DNA of 64,000 nt from Dehalococcoidia bacterium (GCA_965216155.1 CBDCFD010000005.1:149569-213568); one strand, 5' to 3'; positions 9,310 through 19,473 are shown, counted from the first letter of the stretch. Numbers and translations are program-made. Notes: generated by a model from the sequence alone, not told the origin.

Positions 9310-10617
9310 ATGGTCCCCTTTAACGTATTTCCCGAGACCGCCCGGACCAACGCCCAGGGTGAACTGGAGATCGGCGGTTGCAACCTGATGGACCTGGCCG
9401 ACGAGTACGGCACGTCCCTTTACGTGCTGGACGAGGACACCCTGCGGAACCGTTGCCGCAGCTTCGTCCAGGAGTTTAGACAGAGATATAGTAATTCCGA
9501 CGTTGTGTACGCCTCCAAGGCCTACATCAACCCCGCCCTGGCCAAGCTCTTTCAAGAAGAGGGCCTTGGGTTAGACGTGGTGTCCGGAGGCGAACTGGCC
9601 ATTGCCCAAAGCGTCGACTTCCCCCTGGAGCACGTTTACTTCCACGGCAACAACAAGACCCCTGATGAGCTTGTACAGGCCGTAGGAAGTAACATCGGGC
9701 GGATCGTGATCGACAGCTTCCACGAGTTGGAATTGCTCAACAGGATAGCCGGTGATGCGGGTAAGGTGCAGGAAGTCCTGATCCGAGTCTCACCGGGTGT
9801 GGACCCCCACACTCATGTTCATACCACCACCGGTATCCTGGACTCGAAGTTCGGCTTCAGCATTCAGACCGGCCACGCGGCGGAGGCCGTCCGCCGGGCG
9901 GTGGCCGCCGAAAACCTGAATCTCCGGGGACTGCACTTCCACTTGGGTTCTCCCATATTCGAGTTGGAGCCCTACGGAGTGGCCACCGAAGTTGTGCTGC
10001 GGCTCGCAGCCGACCTGCGGGAAGAGGGCCTGGAAATGGAGGAATTCAGTCCAGGCGGCGGGTTTGCCATTGCCTACACCAGAGACCAGGAGCCTCCAGC
10101 CGTAGGCGAATACGCCGATACCATCGTCTCTGCTTTGACCTCCAATTGCGACGCCCTGGGGCTGCCTTCGCCCAGGCTGATTATCGAGCCCGGCCGGTCG
10201 ATCATCGGCCCGGCTGGCGTGGCCGTGTACCGCATCGGCGCGATCAAGGACATTCCTGGCGTCCGCAAATACGTGAGCGTGGACGGCGGCATGGGAGACA
10301 ACATCCGGCCAGCCCTTTATCAGGCAATTTATGAAGTCGTGGTAGCCAACAAGGCCAGCCAGGAACCGGCGGAGAAGGTCACGATCGCCGGAAAATACTG
10401 CGAGTCCGGTGACCTTCTGGCCACCGACGTCATGTTGCCCGAGGTTGAGTCGGGCGACGTGTTGGCCATTCCCGCCGCGGGCGCCTACTGCCCGTCCATG
10501 GCCAGCAATTACAACCTGAACCCGCGACCGCCCATCGTCCTGGTCAAGGACGGCCAAAGCAGGCTGATACGCCGCCGGGAAAGCTACCAGGACATGATGA
10601 TTGCGGATGTGATTTAG
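9310..10617 (+). CDS. lysA: diaminopimelate decarboxylase
   Basis: 435 aa. YASKAY PLP-lysine region and the CESGD motif. Confidence 0.9.
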   Translation: MVPFNVFPETARTNAQGELEIGGCNLMDLADEYGTSLYVLDEDTLRNRCRSFVQEFRQRYSNSDVVYASKAYINPALAKLFQEEGLGLDVVSGGELAIAQSVDFPLEHVYFHGNNKTPDELVQAVGSNIGRIVIDSFHELELLNRIAGDAGKVQEVLIRVSPGVDPHTHVHTTTGILDSKFGFSIQTGHAAEAVRRAVAAENLNLRGLHFHLGSPIFELEPYGVATEVVLRLAADLREEGLEMEEFSPGGGFAIAYTRDQEPPAVGEYADTIVSALTSNCDALGLPSPRLIIEPGRSIIGPAGVAVYRIGAIKDIPGVRKYVSVDGGMGDNIRPALYQAIYEVVVANKASQEPAEKVTIAGKYCESGDLLATDVMLPEVESGDVLAIPAAGAYCPSMASNYNLNPRPPIVLVKDGQSRLIRRRESYQDMMIADVI

Positions 10618-10662
10618 GAGAACTCGCCCGGAGATTCGTCCATAGCCTGAAGGAGTCGAGGA

Positions 10663-10848
10663 ATGAGCACAGCAAAGGAAGAAGCAATCAGGATCGTCGC
10701 CGAACTTCCTGACGACATCTCATTCGACGACATTGTCCGGGAGTTGGCATTCGCCCGCATGATTGAGTGTGGGCTGGAGGACTCGGATGCCGGAAGGGTA
10801 ATCAGCGATGAAGAACTGGGCCGCCGAATCGAGTCATGGCGGAAGTAG
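10663..10848 (+). CDS. small acidic antitoxin-like protein (no cognate toxin seen)
   Basis: 61 aa with an AAGGAG RBS. The pattern LPDDISFDDIVRELAFARMIECGLEDSDAGRVISDEEL is typical of small addiction-module-like components. Confidence 0.5.
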   Translation: MSTAKEEAIRIVAELPDDISFDDIVRELAFARMIECGLEDSDAGRVISDEELGRRIESWRK

Positions 10849-10869
10849 ACTGGACTAAGGAGTAAAGGC

Positions 10870-11394
10870 ATGAGTGAACCAAATACAGGCATGAGTGAAG
10901 TAAAGGGATGGTTGAGCATGGCCGTCCAAGCACAGCCGGACGACAGCACCTTTGAAGAAATCATCCATGTGTTGGAAATTGCCCATATGTTCGAGCAAGA
11001 CGAAGACGCCCCATCAGCGTGGGAAGAACATATACAACTGCCCGATCGAATCATCGAGCGATTTCGGACAGCCATGTCCTTTAGCCCATCAGAAGAGGGC
11101 GCAATCCAGAGAGCCTTAGAGGAAGTCGCCGCACAGGAAGCGGAAAAAGCTGCACCGAGGGAGGACAACATCCGGAGAGGACTGGAAGGGATCAGCGACG
11201 AGGAAAGAAAGCGGACTGAAGACCTATTGGAGGAGATGGCACCCGAAATTGAAGAGGAGCTAAATAGCCCTGAAGCACTGAACGATAGTCCATTTACTCC
11301 TGAAGAGTGGGAACGGCATCTGGCCAAAACAGACGAACAGCTTGAAGCAGAAGATATGGCATTTCAGGAGAGGGTAGAAGGGCCTCTAGCGTAA
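10870..11394 (+). CDS. acidic hypothetical protein (N-terminus paralogous to 10663..10848)
   Basis: 174 aa. QPDDSTFEEIIHVLEIAHMFEQ echoes the upstream small protein. The rest is a Glu-rich tail. Confidence 0.5.
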   Translation: MSEPNTGMSEVKGWLSMAVQAQPDDSTFEEIIHVLEIAHMFEQDEDAPSAWEEHIQLPDRIIERFRTAMSFSPSEEGAIQRALEEVAAQEAEKAAPREDNIRRGLEGISDEERKRTEDLLEEMAPEIEEELNSPEALNDSPFTPEEWERHLAKTDEQLEAEDMAFQERVEGPLA

Positions 11395-11467
11395 TAGTTA
11401 CCTGGCCAATGTTACACCAACGTGCTCCATCGATCATAAGCGATCGGGCTAGTCCAGCGGACAAACC

Positions 11468-12487
11468 ATGTGGCAGCTAGTCGGACAGGACCACATCATC
11501 CGCCAGTTGGAGGCGGGCATGGCAGTGGACCAGCTTGCCCATGCCTACCTGCTGGTCGGACCCGGCCATGTGGGGAAGATGACCCTGGCCATCGAACTGG
11601 CCAAGGCCCTCAACTGCCTTGAGCAAGCAGGCCCCCCTTGCGGTAGCTGCGTCCAGTGTACCCGCATCGCCGCCGGCAACCACGCCGACGTGCGGACTGT
11701 CGGCATGGCGCAACGGGCGGAAGGGGAAGCCACGCGCACGGTCATTGGCATTCCGGAAGTGAGGGAGGTCCTTCACCAGGTATCTCTGAAGCCTTATGAA
11801 GGCTCTCGGATAGTCGTGATTTTTGACGGCGTGGAGTCGCTGAGCGACGAGGGCGCCAATGCGTTGCTCAAGACCCTGGAAGAACCACCCGATCAGGTCA
11901 CCTTCCTGCTGCTCTCCTCCAACGAGGATTTCCTACTCTCCACTATCCGGTCCCGTTGCAGCCTGCTCTCACTTCTTCCGGTCCCGCATGCGCAAATGGT
12001 AGAGGCCCTGACAGTTAGAGAGTCCGTGGATCCGGGACGCGCGGCTGAACTGGCCCGGCTATCCCGTGGTTGCTACGGTTGGGCGCACAGGGTCATACAT
12101 GGGACTGACGTCTGGGAGGCGAGAGAGCAGGCCTTAGACCGGATTTATGAGGTCTGCCGGGCGGGGTTGGCGGAGCGCTTCGAATACGCCAATGAACTGG
12201 CGGGGCAGTTTTCCAGGGATCGGGAATCCGCGCGTCAAGTGTTGTTCGAGTGGCAGCGCTGGTGGCGTGACCTGCTACTTATCAAGGAAGGCGCTGACAA
12301 ATACTTGCACAACGCCGACCGCAGCGACGAGCTACGCCTTCATGCCACAAGCGTGACCACGGCACAGACCGCCCGTTTCCTGGAGCGCATTCAGAAGACC
12401 CTGGAGGCCCTGGATCGAAACGCCAACCCGCGGTTGGCCTGCGAAGTCCTGATGCTCAACATGCCTGGAACCACCGCCAAACCCTGA
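11468..12487 (+). CDS. holB: DNA polymerase III subunit delta'
   Basis: LLVGPGHVGKMT P-loop and the Zn module CGSCVQCTRIAAGNHADV. Confidence 0.85.
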   Translation: MWQLVGQDHIIRQLEAGMAVDQLAHAYLLVGPGHVGKMTLAIELAKALNCLEQAGPPCGSCVQCTRIAAGNHADVRTVGMAQRAEGEATRTVIGIPEVREVLHQVSLKPYEGSRIVVIFDGVESLSDEGANALLKTLEEPPDQVTFLLLSSNEDFLLSTIRSRCSLLSLLPVPHAQMVEALTVRESVDPGRAAELARLSRGCYGWAHRVIHGTDVWEAREQALDRIYEVCRAGLAERFEYANELAGQFSRDRESARQVLFEWQRWWRDLLLIKEGADKYLHNADRSDELRLHATSVTTAQTARFLERIQKTLEALDRNANPRLACEVLMLNMPGTTAKP

Positions 12488-12502
12488 AGGGGCGGGGGCT
12501 AC

Positions 12503-13231
12503 CTACGCCTCTTGCTCCCGCATCGTCCATGGTATGTATGTGCGCCACTCTTCCAAAATAGGCCGGTTCTGCAAGATCATGTAGGGGTTGGGGTCCGGCG
12601 CCTTCGGCTGCTTGACCAACAACATGCTGGCCTCGGCGGGAGTGCGGCCCGCCTTCCGCAGATTACAACGGTTGCAAGCGGTTACGATATTCTCCCAGGT
12701 GTGGGCCCCGTGCTGACGGCGCGGCACAACATGGTCGAGGGTCAGGTCCGGTGTCTTCTTCCCGCAGTACTGGCAGGTGAACCGGTCTCGCAGAAAGACT
12801 TCTTTTTTGGAGAGCTTGCGCGGCAAGAACGGCTTTCGCACCAGGTACACCAGACGGATGATGGAGGGGACGTCCACTGTGCGGGATACGGTGCGGAGTT
12901 GACTCCGGTGGTTCTCCAAAAGCTCTGCCTTGCCCTTGCCCAGAAGGACCACGGCGCGCCGGGCGGTGCATACGTTGATTGGTACATAGTTGAGATTAAG
13001 AACCAGAACGGGGGAATGCAGGTAGGAGGCTCTGGACGGACCCAGTCCGGGTCCGTCGGTCGTTTGGCCGGATAAACCATCGCCTAATTGTTCTTGTTGG
13101 GTCTTGTCGTTCAACGCGGCTAGGACCTGGTCTAACAGATTAGAGCATCCGCTGCCCCAGACCGGAACTTTCCGACGATGTTCCCCTAACTTGGTGGGAC
13201 TACCCTGATGATTGGAGGTCCAATGGGGCAA
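12503..13231 (-). CDS. HNH endonuclease (McrA-like)
   Basis: CQYCGKK...LDHVVPRRQHGAHTWENIVTACNRCNLRK. The start is uncertain because the ORF overlaps cvpA by 32 nt. Confidence 0.8.
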   Translation of the reverse strand: MPHWTSNHQGSPTKLGEHRRKVPVWGSGCSNLLDQVLAALNDKTQQEQLGDGLSGQTTDGPGLGPSRASYLHSPVLVLNLNYVPINVCTARRAVVLLGKGKAELLENHRSQLRTVSRTVDVPSIIRLVYLVRKPFLPRKLSKKEVFLRDRFTCQYCGKKTPDLTLDHVVPRRQHGAHTWENIVTACNRCNLRKAGRTPAEASMLLVKQPKAPDPNPYMILQNRPILEEWRTYIPWTMREQEA

Positions 13232-13838
13232 GGCCTTCGGTATTATCTATTATTGTAGCATAGGCGGAGTGATTGATTCGGGACCCACCCGGTGGCTCAG
13301 GTCCCGGCACTCCGCGGGCATCGAGCCGTTCCAGGTGGTCGATTATCTCATCCTCCCAATCACCTGGAATCAGCTTGATTCCCCGGATCACGACGTCGAA
13401 TTGGTTTACGAGAAAGCTACCGAACGCGGAGTTGTCTATGTTCTCGTCGACCTCAGCGGACTCCAGTTGTTGGACTCCTACCAATAGACCGGACAGCAAC
13501 ACAAACCCCGCCAGTACTCCGATGGCCATACCTCCCAGGCGGTCGCCCAGGCCGAAGAATGGCACGAATCCCAGCACCCGCCGCAACATAAAGGAGATCA
13601 CTGCGGAGATAATGAACAGGACGGCGAATACCACGATAAACCCTGCGACGGTCTGGACTTCTTCCCGTCCGCTAAGAGGGGTGAAGAAGTCTCCCAGCAT
13701 GGGTCCCACCCGGCTGGCCAGCGCCAACGAGACCGCTAACGTGACGAGGTGGAATAAGATGGCAATTATACCGACCGAGCCGCCCCATGCCGCCATGAGA
13801 GCCCAGACCAAGAGGATAACTATGTCCAACCAATTCAT
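13200..13838 (-). CDS. CvpA family membrane protein
   Basis: MNWLDIVILLVWALMAAWG start and four TM segments, typical of colicin V production protein family members. Confidence 0.75.
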   Translation of the reverse strand: MNWLDIVILLVWALMAAWGGSVGIIAILFHLVTLAVSLALASRVGPMLGDFFTPLSGREEVQTVAGFIVVFAVLFIISAVISFMLRRVLGFVPFFGLGDRLGGMAIGVLAGFVLLSGLLVGVQQLESAEVDENIDNSAFGSFLVNQFDVVIRGIKLIPGDWEDEIIDHLERLDARGVPGPEPPGGSRINHSAYATIIDNTEGLAPLDLQSSG

Positions 13839-14133
13839 TGGACGCCCCGCTGTTGGTAGCTAACCCAGAGTACAAGGCAATTGTACCACGCAGGTTGAAC
13901 GCACCAAATGGACAACCCCGTCGTTCCCAGGGCCAGTTCATCGGCCGTGCGTTGGAGGTTGCGTTGGGCCCTGGGGCGGGCTAGTTTACGTCTGAGGGAG
14001 CGGGTGATGGATTTTAATTGGCGCTGATGGTCATCGGTCTTGCTCCTGGAAAGTCTTGACGGAGCGCGGTTTACCTTGACAGTCGGGTTATGATGGGGTT
14101 GTCTCCTAGCCGACTTTTACGGGAGGTCTTTAC

Positions 14134-15036
14134 ATGGCGTCTCAGCAGGTAGGACTATCGCTTCACGACGCGGCCCGAGGGCTGGGTGTGATTTTCACCC
14201 AGGAAAACGAGCCGGTCGATAGAGACGTTCAGGTAAACGGAATGAACTTCCACTACCTGGAGTGGGGCGATTCGAGTAACCCTACCGTGGTGATGTTGCA
14301 TGGCAACTCCCAACAGGCCCATAGCTGGGACTTCGCAAGCCTGCCACTCTCCGAGCACTACCATGTGATTGCTCTGGACCAGCGGGGTCATGGCGACACC
14401 GACTGGGCGCCCGACGGGGACTATTCGATTGACGCGCAAGTACGCGACTTTGACGGGTTCGTCGAGGCTATGGGTCTCAACGGCTTTACTTTAATAGGGC
14501 ATTCGATGGGAGGGCGCAACTCTTACGTTTGGGCCTCCGATAATTCCGGCAAGCTCAAGGGTCTTGTGATAGTGGACACTGGCCCGCAGACTCAGCGCCG
14601 CGGTTCGGACCGGATACGCCAGTTCCGGGAGTTGCCCGACGAGTTGGACTCCTTTGAGGAGTTCGCCCAGCGGGTGATGGATTACACAGGCCGCACCCAC
14701 GAGCAGGTGGTGGGAGCGTTGAAGTACAGCATCCGGGAGCGGCCAGACGGCAAGTGGACTTGGAAATACGACAAGGCGATGCGGAGTTCCGGCCACCGGC
14801 CCGCGTCGTGGACGTCCGAGCAGCTTTGGGAAGCCGTGGCAAAGATCAACTGCCCTACCCTGATTGTCCGGGGCGACCGCAGCGACCTGTTCGCAGAAGA
14901 GACGATGCAGCGCATGCAGGAAGTTATCCCGGACTGTACGACGGTGACCATAGCGGGGGCCGGCCACCTGGTGCAGGGAGACAACCCTCCCGATTTCAAC
15001 GCGGCGGTCCAGGAGCATTTGCAGCGGACTCACTGA
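14134..15036 (+). CDS. alpha/beta hydrolase
   Basis: HG oxyanion motif (VVMLHGNS), nucleophile elbow GHSMGG, and DQRGHGDT. Confidence 0.85.
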   Translation: MASQQVGLSLHDAARGLGVIFTQENEPVDRDVQVNGMNFHYLEWGDSSNPTVVMLHGNSQQAHSWDFASLPLSEHYHVIALDQRGHGDTDWAPDGDYSIDAQVRDFDGFVEAMGLNGFTLIGHSMGGRNSYVWASDNSGKLKGLVIVDTGPQTQRRGSDRIRQFRELPDELDSFEEFAQRVMDYTGRTHEQVVGALKYSIRERPDGKWTWKYDKAMRSSGHRPASWTSEQLWEAVAKINCPTLIVRGDRSDLFAEETMQRMQEVIPDCTTVTIAGAGHLVQGDNPPDFNAAVQEHLQRTH

Positions 15037-15094
15037 CCCGAAACCCGATCGCGTCACGAGAACAGCCCTGGAATTCCTCCCGGAAGAGACAGAT

Positions 15095-15682
15095 TTGGCA
15101 AAGGGCAGACGAAACAAGCGCACTTACAGATTGCCGAATAACCACGGGTGGAAAGCTGGTCCGGGCAATGCGATTTTCGTCGCCGACCGGGGCGCGATGC
15201 AGTTCGAATACCCGAAGGACTGGATCCTAAGCCCTAGCGCCGGCGGCTCCATCAGGTTTTTCGACCAGGAAGAGGCCGACGCGGACATCCGGCTTGAGGC
15301 CTCGCTGATTTACGTCCAGCCTATAGACTGGACAGGGTTGCCCTTGCCCAAACTGATAGACGACGTAGCCGTTTCCGACGACCCGAGAGGACTGACAAAG
15401 CAAGGTCCTTACCATGAAATGCGGAGGGCCAATCTGGAGGCGGCGTGGCTGGAGGTGGAGTTCACCGACCCGGACGAGGACCGCAAGGCCCATTCGCGCA
15501 TCTGCCTGTCCAGAGGCCCCGGCGTCTATGCCTTCATCACGATGGACTTCTGGCCAGAAGATGCCAGTCGCGCCTATGCTGTCTGGGACAATGTTCTCAA
15601 CACACTTAAGCTCGACCAACGCAACCAGGACCGGCTGACTCTCAGCGGTCACGAGCAGCCCCCCAGGCCCGGCAAGAACTAG
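15095..15682 (+). CDS. hypothetical protein
   Basis: 195-aa ORF co-directional with the hydrolase. No recognisable motif. Confidence 0.5.
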   Translation: MAKGRRNKRTYRLPNNHGWKAGPGNAIFVADRGAMQFEYPKDWILSPSAGGSIRFFDQEEADADIRLEASLIYVQPIDWTGLPLPKLIDDVAVSDDPRGLTKQGPYHEMRRANLEAAWLEVEFTDPDEDRKAHSRICLSRGPGVYAFITMDFWPEDASRAYAVWDNVLNTLKLDQRNQDRLTLSGHEQPPRPGKN

Positions 15683-15736
15683 GCGCCGTTGACATTTGCC
15701 GCGCCGTTCTCCGCCCCGCGGCGGGCCGCATGGCCT

Positions 15737-16981
15737 CTACCCAATCAACCGGGGGATGCCGTAGCCCAGGGCGAATCCTATCGCGGCGGAAACCGCACCG
15801 ATTCCCAGGATTTCCAGCCCTTGAAGTATTGATGGCTTCCTCACCAACCTGCCCTTGATAGACCCCAAGGCAAACAGGCCGATCAATGCCGCCGCCACCG
15901 AGACGGAGATGGCCGCGTACCCGCCCAAGAATACGTGAGGCAGTATCGGCACCAGGGCGGCCAGGATGAAGGACAGCCCCATCGCCACCGCGTCTTTTAT
16001 CGGGCTGGAGGTCTCCTCCATGCTGATTCCCAATTCCTTCTCAGCCATAGTCCGGAGCCATAGGTCCTTGTCCTGGGAAATCTCGTCGGCTATATCCCGC
16101 GCTTCGTCGTAGCTCTTTCCTTCACGTTGGAATGCGACCACTAATTCGGCGTACTCCTCGCCGGGTTTCTCTTCCAATTCCAGGGCCTCGCGCTCGATCT
16201 CCGCGCGTTTAACGTCCAACTCGGCCCGGGAGCCAAGGTATGCTCCGGTGGCCATAGAGATCATGCCCGCCGCCGCGGCAGCCAGACCTGCCACCAGCAC
16301 TACCGTCTGGCTGTCCAGTGCTACCGCTACCGAGGTCACCAACGCCACGGTGCTGAGGATTCCATCCTGGGCGCCGAAGACGACCTCGCGCAGCCTGCCC
16401 AGCGAGGCAACCCGCCACCGCTCCCGGTCCAACTCCATGGCTGCGCTGACGAAGGTATCGAATCCCGTGTCGAGTACCGGCCTCGCGCTGGAGGGCGGGT
16501 TTTGGGCCGCCTCATTGTGAGTTGCCGGCTCCTCAAGCCGGTTGGGACTACGCATCGGTGGGGCATCGACGGCGCTCTGCCTGGCTTCCAGTTCGGCCAA
16601 AGCATTGCTAAACATCTCCAGGTGATGCCGTTCCCTCCCAAGGGCGAGGGCGAATGAGTCTGCCACGTCCTGGCGGCCCTCTTCCAGCGCCTCGTTGATC
16701 ATGCGCGGGTACATGGTGCTGAACTCTTTGGCTTCGCTGATGACGACAGTTTGCAGGTTCTCGATAGTCTGCCCTATACCGTTGGCGACCCGCAGGTGGT
16801 TCAGGCCGTGGATAGTCTCCGCGCCCGCCACCTCCTGGAAGATCTGGGCTACCTCGGGGTGGCCCTCTTCCAACGCTTTGTGGGCGTAGGCGTTGTAGGT
16901 CAAGTTGGCCATCGCTTCGGCCACAATGGCGCTCCAAAGGTTCTTGTCCGTCCGGGTCAGGGACGGAGCATCCTGAGCCAT
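15737..16981 (-). CDS. ferritin-like (rubrerythrin-type) domain fused to a VIT1/CCC1 iron transporter
   Basis: ATG (complement of 16979-16981) has an AAGGAG RBS. The N-terminus has paired ExxH ferritin-like helices. The C-terminus has VFGAQDGILSTVALV and TM helices of the VIT family. Confidence 0.85.
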   Translation of the reverse strand: MAQDAPSLTRTDKNLWSAIVAEAMANLTYNAYAHKALEEGHPEVAQIFQEVAGAETIHGLNHLRVANGIGQTIENLQTVVISEAKEFSTMYPRMINEALEEGRQDVADSFALALGRERHHLEMFSNALAELEARQSAVDAPPMRSPNRLEEPATHNEAAQNPPSSARPVLDTGFDTFVSAAMELDRERWRVASLGRLREVVFGAQDGILSTVALVTSVAVALDSQTVVLVAGLAAAAAGMISMATGAYLGSRAELDVKRAEIEREALELEEKPGEEYAELVVAFQREGKSYDEARDIADEISQDKDLWLRTMAEKELGISMEETSSPIKDAVAMGLSFILAALVPILPHVFLGGYAAISVSVAAALIGLFALGSIKGRLVRKPSILQGLEILGIGAVSAAIGFALGYGIPRLIG

Positions 16982-17267
16982 ATCCGGCTCCTTTCTGAGA
17001 TGGGGTAAGGCGCCCCTCAGCGAGCATGGCCACTGGCCGCCATAGCATGGTGGTAAACTTTCGTATATGAATACTGTATCAGGTTGGTTGCGGTATGCGT
17101 ATGGGGTTTGCGAATTGCGAAACCCAGGCAAGCGGAACGGTGGAGTATCAGAGATGCTCAATGCCGAGCAATGCTACTACGTCGAATTTACATTCTCGCC
17201 CGCAGACACGGAGGCTCGGAGCACTCGGGGGGCTTGAGTCAGTAATCGCGCCAAACCTTGAGATAGC

Positions 17268-17693
17268 CTATCTATGAGGAGACCGGGCAAATCCGATCGC
17301 AACTCCGGCACCACCGATGCCAGTTGCGATGGATGCCAATATCGGTCCTATTAGGCTTATCGCTCCCAATAATATTAGAGTGATTATGAATGCGAACAAC
17401 GCCACGAGGACGATGAGCCCAACCCCCGAGTATAGAATTCGACTATGCCTGCGTTCAGCGAACTCTTGCTCAGTTTCATGAGCTCTGTGGCCCATGTATT
17501 CTGAGATCAATTCAGGGCTGACTTTCTCAGCTATAGGATCGAATGGCCGAGCTTGGACAGTGAGCGATTGACTGGTGATGCGACCATGCACCCCGGCAAG
17601 ACCTGACTGTAAGGCCTCTGCTACCTCCGGGGGGTAGCTGGGCAATGAGTTCGGGAGGGATGGTGATTTCAGAGGGTCTGTTGTTGGCGTCAT
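17268..17693 (-). CDS. hypothetical membrane protein (DUF2335-like, tentative)
   Basis: 141 aa with a C-terminal double TM. The surrounding patch is lower in GC. Confidence 0.4.
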   Translation of the reverse strand: MTPTTDPLKSPSLPNSLPSYPPEVAEALQSGLAGVHGRITSQSLTVQARPFDPIAEKVSPELISEYMGHRAHETEQEFAERRHSRILYSGVGLIVLVALFAFIITLILLGAISLIGPILASIATGIGGAGVAIGFARSPHR

Positions 17694-17751
17694 CCTCGTT
17701 ATTGGCTAAGGGGTCGTTCGGGTTTTCTGGGGGGGTGGCCATTAGGCTGCC

Positions 17752-18105
17752 TTACGCTGCTAACGAGAAATTCGAAGATCTTCTGCCGTTATGATGTCGG
17801 GAACTGCGTGTGGAACGCCTACCGAGGCTCATCATGTTCGTAACCGTAAAGAAATCTTGGACCATTTCGCTAATTTTGGCGGCAACCAAGGGCGCGATGA
17901 GGCGCTTGGTCAATAGATCCAAATCTTCATCCGTGATCTTCCCTTCGGCCTTTGCCTCTATTACCATCTGAATAGCTTGCGCTACTCGCTCAGCAGATGA
18001 CGTTGGTCTATACCCCAGGTACTCTAGTATGTCACTCCACGCTTCTGTGCTCATATGAGGGACTCGCTTTTGATAGTCTCGATCTGGCAAGTCGTGTAAG
18101 GACAC
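17752..18105 (-). CDS. hypothetical protein
   Basis: 117-aa ORF in the same low-GC patch. No motif recognised. Confidence 0.35.
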   Translation of the reverse strand: MSLHDLPDRDYQKRVPHMSTEAWSDILEYLGYRPTSSAERVAQAIQMVIEAKAEGKITDEDLDLLTKRLIAPLVAAKISEMVQDFFTVTNMMSLGRRSTRSSRHHNGRRSSNFSLAA

Positions 18106-18364
18106 AAACCACGCCCAAGCCTGTCAACATTTATGATGTCTGACGAACCAGAGATCAAGATATCGAATATAGTGTACTATCCGAAGCGGATTGGCAACCG
18201 GCTTGGAGTCCGACGGGGATAGGATCATCGCCTGAACCAATCTATCAGATGGCCCAAGTTGATTCAGCCCATCTTTGGGTCATGGCACGTCCCCTGGGAA
18301 ATTAAAGACGTAATCAGCAACCACGAGGAATTGAGAATGGCTGTGCGGAGGAGGGTCTGAATGG

Positions 18365-18790
18365 TTACATGTTGGGGGCGGCGTGGTGGGCGGACATCTT
18401 CCAGCCCTCGGGGGTGCGGACGAAGATGTTGGTTGACAAGATGCCGAAGTTGCTGGCCCGGCCCTGTAGCACGCTGCTGATGTTGGCCCGGCCCTGTAGC
18501 ACGCTGCTGATGTTCTCCACGCAGGTGACCCAGGCCGAGTCCCCATGCACCACAACGTTAACGTAATGGACGTTGAAGTGCATGAGGGTGGTGTTGTCGA
18601 ATATGCCGGCCCAGCTCGTGCGGATAGAGTCCCAGCCAACCAACGGTTGCCAGCCGGGATGAACGCACATGGCGCGGCCGGAGGCTTCCCACACCTCGTC
18701 CATCTCCCGGATGTCCAAAGTACCGAAAGCCTCGTAGAACCGCTGATTGGCCGCTTTTACGGCTTCGATATCCGCCGAATCAGGCTGCAT
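18365..18790 (-). CDS. SnoaL-like/NTF2-fold protein with an internal 10-aa tandem duplication
   Basis: IEAVKAANQRFYEAF...WVTCVE pattern of the ketosteroid-isomerase-like fold. ISSVLQGRAN is followed by ISSVLQGRAS. Confidence 0.75.
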   Translation of the reverse strand: MQPDSADIEAVKAANQRFYEAFGTLDIREMDEVWEASGRAMCVHPGWQPLVGWDSIRTSWAGIFDNTTLMHFNVHYVNVVVHGDSAWVTCVENISSVLQGRANISSVLQGRASNFGILSTNIFVRTPEGWKMSAHHAAPNM

Positions 18791-18852
18791 CTATCTGGTT
18801 GCTCCGTGAGGGTATTCGCCCGGGTCCGGGTGGAACCGGGCGGGATAGGATT

Positions 18853-19473
18853 CTAGTGCATGGGAGAGAAGGAAGACGGCACCAGCATCTTGTTTTCCTG
18901 GCTGAGCAGGAATTCCCGGGTCGGCGGGGGCCAATGCTCGTTCTTGCTGGCCTCGGCGCGAATCTGGTTGCGCTCTTCCATATCCTTGTAGGGCCAGACG
19001 TGCATCCACTTGTTGAGGGACCCGAGGTCGCTGTGCATGGCGGCGGCGCAAGGTGAGTACTCCTCGCGGTGGGGGATGGCTTCGCCCCAGCGCTTGAGCA
19101 CTTCCGGCATCGAGCCGTTCTTGTACGTGTAGATGCGCATTTCGTAGATGTTCCCCAGCTCCTGTCCGCCGCCCATGGGCCGCATGAAGGGAGCGGGTAT
19201 GTAGATGTCGGAGGACAGGCTGACGTACATCTCGGGTGGGTTCTTGGGCGGCCAGTCCGGGTCCTTCGAGGCTTCGGCCCGGATGCTATTGCGCTCATCC
19301 ACGCTCTCGTAGGGCCAAACGTGGATCACCTGGTTCAGCGGACCGATGTCGGTGTGCCAGAAAGCGCCTAGCTTGGAGTATTTTTCCCTTGCGGGGAGGG
19401 CCTTGGCGAAGTTTTCCTCGAATTGGGCTACGGAGCCGGGTTGGAGAGTGTAGGTACGGACTTCGTATATCAC
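18853..19473 (-). CDS. NIPSNAP family protein (two NIPSNAP domains)
   Basis: YEVRTYTLQPGS and YEMRIYTYKNGS repeats. The likely start is GTG (complement of 19471-19473), 5 nt after GGAAGGAG. The ORF track extends the frame to 19581. Confidence 0.8.
   Translation of the reverse strand: MIYEVRTYTLQPGSVAQFEENFAKALPAREKYSKLGAFWHTDIGPLNQVIHVWPYESVDERNSIRAEASKDPDWPPKNPPEMYVSLSSDIYIPAPFMRPMGGGQELGNIYEMRIYTYKNGSMPEVLKRWGEAIPHREEYSPCAAAMHSDLGSLNKWMHVWPYKDMEERNQIRAEASKNEHWPPPTREFLLSQENKMLVPSSFSPMH

Noticed and set aside
10614-11327. 237-aa Ser-rich minus-strand ORF.
   Set aside because: It is antisense to two plus-strand ORFs that have good RBSs, and it is of extreme low complexity.
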